Below are positions 58,329-64,000 of a stretch of DNA of 64,000 bases, in pieces. The notes under the pieces were generated by a model that saw only the letters and a program-made list of their open reading frames with translations, was not told the DNA's origin and did not search any database. Within the stretch, counting starts at the first letter, position 1, and each line of letters opens with the position of its first letter. The stretch is from Anaerohalosphaeraceae bacterium (GTDB lineage: Bacteria; Planctomycetota; Phycisphaerae; Sedimentisphaerales; Anaerohalosphaeraceae). Position numbers and translations under genes: made by a program. The stretch is from positions 14,240-78,239 of the forward strand of contig JBNRMN010000073.1 in the NCBI GenBank assembly GCA_050309605.1. Direction: 5' to 3'.

Positions 58329-58442
58329 GTCGTTGGGTCTTAAGTCTTTTGCTTTGCTTGCTTTGTGAGTCGCAGGTAAAAAATTCCGTCTGAATTTCCG
58401 TATTTTTCTTGAACTTTTCTGTGATTTAGACGATACTATGAA

Positions 58443-58565
58443 GTGTGAACGTGATACCTGAACAATCCGGAAAAGCATTTCTAAACGATGGTCGGGGACT
58501 GTCTAACCGTAAGGCGACAACCTTCTATTCAGGTAGAGCGTTCACACCCCCGACCACCTTTTTTT
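58443..58565 (+). ncRNA. Candidate structured RNA/5' leader of the integrase
   Basis: 20-bp stem 58443-58462/58528-58547, 9-bp stem 58489-58497/58548-58556, GTAA-tetraloop hairpin and U tract; TTGAAC-N17-GATACT promoter just upstream. Confidence 0.55.
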
Positions 58566-58571
58566 GAAGGG

Positions 58572-59723
58572 ATGGGAAAAATGAAGATTCAACTAACACA
58601 GGACATTAAGACCGACAGGGACAAAAGAACGGTCAGTTATTGGGTCGCCAGATGGTATGACGGCACGGGCAGGCGGCGAAGCAAGTCGTTGGGGCGGACG
58701 GATAAACTGACAAAACGGGAAGCCAAAAAGCTTGCTTTGATGATGGAAACGGATTTCGACCGGCAGCCCGGGCGCAGGAACGCCCAGCGTATGCGGCTGA
58801 AAGACTTTCTGGACACCTACTTCAATTTACGAAAAAATGAACTGGCGAAGGCGTCTTTGTCGCGATACAAAGACACAGGGCGGTATCTGCTGCATTACTT
58901 TGGCGAAGGTCGCCAGATCGATTCAATAACCCCGCAGGATGCGGCACGCTTTAAGGCGGCACTGTCAGCGGGCAAGTTAGCGAACGCAACGCAGAGTCGC
59001 AGGGACGTTAACGGGACATCGGTAACCCTGCATATCCGCAACGCCAAGGCGATATTTAACTACGGCAAAAAGATTATGGGCGCATTGGTTAACAATCCGT
59101 TTGAGGCTCTGTCGGGGCAGGTCAAAACATCGACACAATGGCACTATATCACAATGAAAGAGTTTAACGCCCTAATGGAACACGCCACGTCGAACTTTAA
59201 GGCGATGATTGCCCTTTGTCGCCTGGCTGGACTACGCCGGATGGAAGCCTATTATCTTGAATGGCAAGACGTAAACTTTGACAAAGGCCGGATTTACATT
59301 TGCGGAAAAAACCATTGGAAACCTAAAGACAAGGAGAGCCGCACCATTCCTTTGTGTCCTGAGCTTGCTCAGATTCTTTTAGAGTGTTTTCAGGATGCCC
59401 CAGAAGGTCAAGTCAGGGTTTGCCCTGAAACGAACCCCCAGAACATCGACAGGGGCATTGTCGGAACGATAAAGCGGGCGGGACTGACGAAGTGGCTGAA
59501 GCCCTTGCATAGCCTGCGCAAGAGTTGCATTACCGATTGGGCGGAGCGATACCCAATTCACGCCGTGATGCAGTGGAGCGGACACAGCGACATATCGACG
59601 ACCCAGCGGTATTATACGCAGGTCGGAGATGGTATCTACGATCAGGCGGCGTCTCTTTCTTTTTGGTCAAACAAGACGGAAAAAGCGCCGGAAAACGAAA
59701 AAACAGAAACCCCTGTTGAGTAG
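58572..59723 (+). CDS. int: Tyrosine recombinase/integrase
   Basis: N-terminal arm-binding-like YWVARWYD.TGRRRSKSLG; catalytic GLRRME (R), K, HSLRKS (HxxR), GHS, TTQRYY (Y); ends next to the tRNA att; start 58572 or 58581. Confidence 0.94.
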   Translation: MGKMKIQLTQDIKTDRDKRTVSYWVARWYDGTGRRRSKSLGRTDKLTKREAKKLALMMETDFDRQPGRRNAQRMRLKDFLDTYFNLRKNELAKASLSRYKDTGRYLLHYFGEGRQIDSITPQDAARFKAALSAGKLANATQSRRDVNGTSVTLHIRNAKAIFNYGKKIMGALVNNPFEALSGQVKTSTQWHYITMKEFNALMEHATSNFKAMIALCRLAGLRRMEAYYLEWQDVNFDKGRIYICGKNHWKPKDKESRTIPLCPELAQILLECFQDAPEGQVRVCPETNPQNIDRGIVGTIKRAGLTKWLKPLHSLRKSCITDWAERYPIHAVMQWSGHSDISTTQRYYTQVGDGIYDQAASLSFWSNKTEKAPENEKTETPVE

Positions 59724-59764
59724 TGTAGAATTGTAAGCCCTTTATATGAATGCCTTTAACGAAA

Positions 59765-59838
59765 CGCGCCCGAAGGGATTCGAACCCCTGACCTACGGAT
59801 TAGAAATCCGTTGCTCTATCCGGCTGAGCTACGAGCGC
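59765..59838 (-). tRNA. tRNA-Arg (anticodon TCT), integration target
   Basis: GCGCTCGTAGCTCAGCCGGATAGAGCAACGGATTTCTAATCCGTAGGTCAGGGGTTCGAATCCCTTCGGGCGCG cloverleaf. Confidence 0.96.
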
Positions 59839-60339
59839 CTAAGTGTATAAGTCTTTTTTCTCATAAGACTTTATCTGACTTCCTGCAAGTGTCTTTCTCG
59901 CAGCCTTTCTTTACAAGGGTCGTCTGCGATAAACACCTTTTTTGTTGCCGTATGGAACCTTTTTTCCGGGGGTCCGCCGGTATTTGACGGATGGATTTTA
60001 TCATAACACCGCCAGTCGCGCAAGTCTTATTTTTCAGTTTTCTTGTTAATGATTTTTCCAGTTCTCGTTTCAAAAACCACATCCTCACTGATTCGGTAAA
60101 GCGGAGAGAAATAACAATCTGGAGTAAAGAACAAGATAAACAAAATAATAAAAATCTACAAAACCAGGAATGGTACCTATTGCATTGTCATTTGAAAAGG
60201 GAGTACAATAAGATGCGTTTGATGCTTGGGGTGCATAAATTGATCGGTGTGATGGGGATCTGTTTGTGTTTTGAAGTTCCTGCGTTTGCGGACTGTCTTT
60301 CGGCCGCCCTTTATGTTGTCCACCGCCGCAGCCAAAACG

Positions 60340-61203
60340 CTATCGCAATTCCTTAAATGTTTGAGGTGGAATACCGAATACCTTTGTGAACAGTCGGGTG
60401 AAATGAGACGGATCGTCAAAGCCCAGTTCATAGGCGATTTCTTTGACGAGCAACTTGGGATCCTCAAGCCGTTCGGCGGCATAGGCCATTTTGAGCTGGC
60501 AAAGGTATTTATAAGGACTTTGGGTGTCGTATTTTTTAAATAAACGGCATAGGTAAGCGGGGTTATTATTGCAGATTTCGGCAATCGCTTCGAGTGAATT
60601 TAATGTCATAAAATGGTCTCGAATAGATTGTCGGCATCGCTGGTAATTGACAAAGGCCTGATTGATTCTTGCATTTTCTGTGGACGCGGTTTCTGCGATG
60701 ATCAGCATGAGATATTCCAACAGCGTTGCGCAGAGATCAGACCTAAAACGGCTGTTTGAGAGGCCGTGCTTGATTAGTTCATCCCAAATCCGTCTTAATT
60801 CATCCGGCCGGCTGGTATGCAGTGCACTTCCAGGCGGTGTGTCATATTTTTGCAGGGCCTGTCCGGCGTGGTGACCTCTAAAATCGACGAAGTATTTGAC
60901 CATCCGGGTCCCGGCAGCGGAGTGGATGTGTTGTGGAATTCCGGGTCCGTAAAAAAATACAGTTCCCGGCACTAATTTGAAGGTGCGGCTGGCAAGGCAG
61001 GCTGTCCCTTTTCCTTCTGCAACAAATTCGATACAATAATAGGGAAAAGTCTTTCGTTTGATACAATAGTTCTCAGCGGTGTCCTCACATCCGCCGCATA
61101 TGACGTTGAGCCGAACATCCTTTGCCGTTGTCGTCTGGATATAAAAGCGTTTGGCCTGGACAACCTGTGTCGAAAAGAAATGGGGTTGCTGTTTATCGTT
61201 CAT
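60340..61203 (-). CDS. AraC family transcriptional regulator
   Basis: N-terminal ligand-binding domain; YLCRLFKK...VKEIAYELGFDDPSHFTRLFTKVFGIPP. Confidence 0.92.
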   Translation of the reverse strand: MNDKQQPHFFSTQVVQAKRFYIQTTTAKDVRLNVICGGCEDTAENYCIKRKTFPYYCIEFVAEGKGTACLASRTFKLVPGTVFFYGPGIPQHIHSAAGTRMVKYFVDFRGHHAGQALQKYDTPPGSALHTSRPDELRRIWDELIKHGLSNSRFRSDLCATLLEYLMLIIAETASTENARINQAFVNYQRCRQSIRDHFMTLNSLEAIAEICNNNPAYLCRLFKKYDTQSPYKYLCQLKMAYAAERLEDPKLLVKEIAYELGFDDPSHFTRLFTKVFGIPPQTFKELR

Positions 61204-61372
61204 AAGCCTCAAAAAAAATCAATATTTGGCCTGTAAAAGACAAAATGTGTCATTCCTCAATGTATCTTGACCATTATAATGAAAATTATAATGAAAATGA
61301 AGATAAAATCTGGCAATGTTATAAACAAGGCTTTTATCGCATCTTGCTGGTTCAGTCTTGGGGAAGGTTGTT

Positions 61373-62395
61373 ATGCGTCACGTCTCTGATGTATTCAAGA
61401 AAATTGATATCCAAAATGTACCGTGCCGTGTACTCGCTTCAGGTGCACAAGTCCCGGCCATCGGCCTGGGAACCTTCGGCTCCGATTCGGTTTCGGCCGA
61501 GGCAGTGGCTCAGATGGTGCGGGGGGCAATCAATGCGGGGTATCGCCATATTGACTGCGCTTCGGTCTATGGCAATGAAAAAGAGATCGGCGGTGTGCTG
61601 GATGAGTTGCTGCGATCCGGACGGGTCAAACGTGAAAACCTGTGGGTTACGTCCAAAGTCTGGAATGATATGCACGACAGGGTGGTGGATGCCTGCAGGC
61701 AGTCCCTGACGGATTTGCAGTTGGATTACTTCGATTTGTATCTGGTGCATTGGCCGTTTCCGAATTATCACCCGCCCAAGTGCGATGTTTCTTCCCGCAG
61801 TCCCGACGCGCGTCCGTATATCCACGCCGATTATATGAAGACGTGGCGGCAAATGGAGCAGCTCGTCGAGTTGGGTCTTGTCCGTCATATCGGAACCTCC
61901 AATATGACGGTTCCGAAGCTCAAGCTGCTGCTGCGTGACGCAAAGATCAAACCCGCCTGCAACGAAATGGAACTGCATCCGCATTTTCAGCAGCCGGAGC
62001 TGTTTGGGTTTTGCGTTGACCATGATATTCAACCTATCGGGTACTGTCCGCTCGGTTCGCCGGGCCGGCCGGCGCGCGACCGTACGCCGGAAGACACCGA
62101 TCCGCTGACCGATCCGGTCATTGTTGCGATTGCCAAACGTATGGGAATATCGCCCGCTGCTGTCTGCATCAAGTGGGCGATACGGCGCGGGCAGATTCCG
62201 ATTCCGTTTTCCGTCAATCATTATCAGGATAACCTGCGCGCCGCAGTCGGCGACCCTTTAACCGATGACGATATGCAGGCCATAGCCGCGATCGATAAAA
62301 ATTGTCGGCTCATCAAGGGGCAAGTCTTTCTCTGGAAAGACAATCAAAGCTGGGAAGATTTGTGGGATGTGAACGGTGAGATTACGCCGCCGTGA
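61373..62395 (+). CDS. Aldo/keto reductase
   Basis: PAIGLGTFG, GYRHIDCASVYGNE, TSKVWN, DLYLVHWP, IGTSN, EMELHP. Confidence 0.94.
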   Translation: MRHVSDVFKKIDIQNVPCRVLASGAQVPAIGLGTFGSDSVSAEAVAQMVRGAINAGYRHIDCASVYGNEKEIGGVLDELLRSGRVKRENLWVTSKVWNDMHDRVVDACRQSLTDLQLDYFDLYLVHWPFPNYHPPKCDVSSRSPDARPYIHADYMKTWRQMEQLVELGLVRHIGTSNMTVPKLKLLLRDAKIKPACNEMELHPHFQQPELFGFCVDHDIQPIGYCPLGSPGRPARDRTPEDTDPLTDPVIVAIAKRMGISPAAVCIKWAIRRGQIPIPFSVNHYQDNLRAAVGDPLTDDDMQAIAAIDKNCRLIKGQVFLWKDNQSWEDLWDVNGEITPP

Positions 62396-62427
62396 TGTGT
62401 GAGAGAGAATTTTTGCAGCGGAGTCAA

Positions 62428-64000
62428 ATGATGCGAAGTCCGATGCTGTCGATTTGGAGTGTGATCGTATTTGCCGCGGTTGCTCCGCACGGAGCGGGGG
62501 ACTGGACGTCGATGCCGGAGTTTGTCCACCGCATCAGCGACGCGGCCGAGCCGATGCAGACGGGCAAGTTCGAGCCGACGTGGGAGTCGCTGGCGCAATA
62601 CGAAACCCCGGAATGGTATCGCGACGCCAAATTCGGCATCTGGGCGCACTGGGGGCCGCAGTGCCAGCCCGAACAGGGTGATTGGTATGCCCGACATATG
62701 TACTTTCAGGGCCATGGCCAATACAACTTCCATGTGGCCAACTACGGCCATCCCTCGGCGTTTGGCTTCAAAGATGTCATCCACGAATGGAAGGCCGAAA
62801 ACTGGGATCCGGACAAGCTGGTCCGATTTTATAAAGAAGTTGGCGCACAGTACTTTGTCGCAATGGCCAATCACCACGATAATTTTGACTATTGGGACAG
62901 CACCTATCAGCCGTGGAATTCCGTCGCGGTCGGCCCGAAGAAAAATATTATTGCCGGCTGGGCAGAAGCGGCCCGCACATATGGCCTTCCCTTCGGCGTC
63001 AGCTCTCATGCGTCCCATGCATCAATCTGGTATGAAACTGCGCGGGACGCCGACCGGCAGGGGCCGCTGGCCGGTGTACCTTACGATGGCAACCTGACCA
63101 AAGAAGACGGCAAAGGCACGTGGTGGGAAGGGCTGGACCCGCAGGATCTGTACGCCCAAAATCAGCCGCGCATCACCCGCCCGAATGATTTGGGAGATAT
63201 CCACCGCCACTGGCACTGGACGCAAACCGAGAATCTGCCTCGTTTGGCCTACTGTGAAAAGTTTTATAACCGCACGCTCGATTTGCTCAATAAATACAAG
63301 CCCGACCTGATTTATTTTGACGATACGATTCTGCCGTTTCATCCGTTTAATGACGCCGGCTTCAAAATTGCCGCCCATTTTTACAACAGCAGTATGAAAT
63401 GGAACAACGGCCAGCTTCGGGCCGTGATGAACAACAAGATACTCAGCCCCGAACAGCGGCGGACTATGGTCTGGGATATCGAAAAAGGTTTCAGCGATCG
63501 CATTGAGCCGTATCCCTGGCAGACGTGTACCTGCCTGGGCAGTTGGCATTACAACCGCTCGATCTATGAACGCCGTCACTATAAGAGCGCGCAAATCGTG
63601 ATCCACATGCTGGCCGACATCGTCAGCAAGAACGGCAACCTCCTGCTGAGTGTCCCGCTTCGGGGCGACGGCACATTCGATTCAGAAGCAGAAAAAACCC
63701 TTTATGGCATCCGCGACTGGATGGTCATTAATCGTGAAGGCATTGTTGCCACTCGACCGTGGGAGGTCTTCGGCGAAGGCCCGGCCATCAAAGAAACAGC
63801 ACCTCTTCAAGGCCAGGGATTCAACGAAGGGCGCGGGCTGCCGATGTCCGCTCAAGATGTCCGCTACACGGTATCCAAAGACGGCAAGACCCTGTACGCC
63901 ATTGTGATGGGACGGCCGGAGACGGCGGTGACCTTCGACGCGGTTCGCGTGGCTCAGCCGGCTGTCGGGGCGAAGGTTGCGCTGCTGGGGTATTCCGGCG
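62428..64000 (+). CDS. Alpha-L-fucosidase (GH29), runs off the window end
   Basis: Manual translation: signal peptide, FEPTWESLAQYETPEWYRDAKFGIWAHWGPQ, ANHHDNFD.WDS, LIYFDD, DIVSKNGNLLL. Confidence 0.92.
   Translation, partial: MMRSPMLSIWSVIVFAAVAPHGAGDWTSMPEFVHRISDAAEPMQTGKFEPTWESLAQYETPEWYRDAKFGIWAHWGPQCQPEQGDWYARHMYFQGHGQYNFHVANYGHPSAFGFKDVIHEWKAENWDPDKLVRFYKEVGAQYFVAMANHHDNFDYWDSTYQPWNSVAVGPKKNIIAGWAEAARTYGLPFGVSSHASHASIWYETARDADRQGPLAGVPYDGNLTKEDGKGTWWEGLDPQDLYAQNQPRITRPNDLGDIHRHWHWTQTENLPRLAYCEKFYNRTLDLLNKYKPDLIYFDDTILPFHPFNDAGFKIAAHFYNSSMKWNNGQLRAVMNNKILSPEQRRTMVWDIEKGFSDRIEPYPWQTCTCLGSWHYNRSIYERRHYKSAQIVIHMLADIVSKNGNLLLSVPLRGDGTFDSEAEKTLYGIRDWMVINREGIVATRPWEVFGEGPAIKETAPLQGQGFNEGRGLPMSAQDVRYTVSKDGKTLYAIVMGRPETAVTFDAVRVAQPAVGAKVALLGYSG

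Noticed and set aside
59861..60339. Short ORFs in the AT-rich region upstream of tRNA-Arg
   Set aside because: No motifs or convincing RBS, and they overlap in conflicting frames; treated as intergenic.

Overview
A 64-kb chromosomal segment of a GC-rich bacterium. It is probably a planctomycete and, by inference, Phycisphaerae/Sedimentisphaerales-like: it carries a prepilin/H-X9-DG protein, PEP-CTERM proteins, a Verruc/Plancto-restricted small protein, DUF2617, URO-D-family genes and several glycosidase genes. Most of the window is housekeeping and metabolic: metG, holB, tmk, lexA, rpsU, rpsT, rnr, purE, mtnA, uxaE, tRNA-Ser(CGA), GH2 and GH29 glycosidases, and surface-glycosylation genes. 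There is a MarR-ablA-Na+/solute symporter-ablB operon for the osmolyte N-epsilon-acetyl-beta-lysine. The main accessory feature is a ~6.6-kb PICI/phage-satellite-like island integrated in tRNA-Arg(UCU) at 53199-59807. It encodes a tyrosine integrase, two small HTH proteins, a Prim-Pol/helicase and a small terminase, but no capsid. It also shows an 18-bp att core, 20-bp arm-type direct repeats, an iteron-like ori and two structured non-coding leaders. The integrase leader has interlocking long stems, and its loop resembles the att core. Other oddities are an ORF overprinted on lexA, a frameshifted prepilin gene, an orphan sigma54-driven fliK and a candidate ~185-nt structured RNA. All calls were made by eye from motifs; no database searches or folding programs were run.
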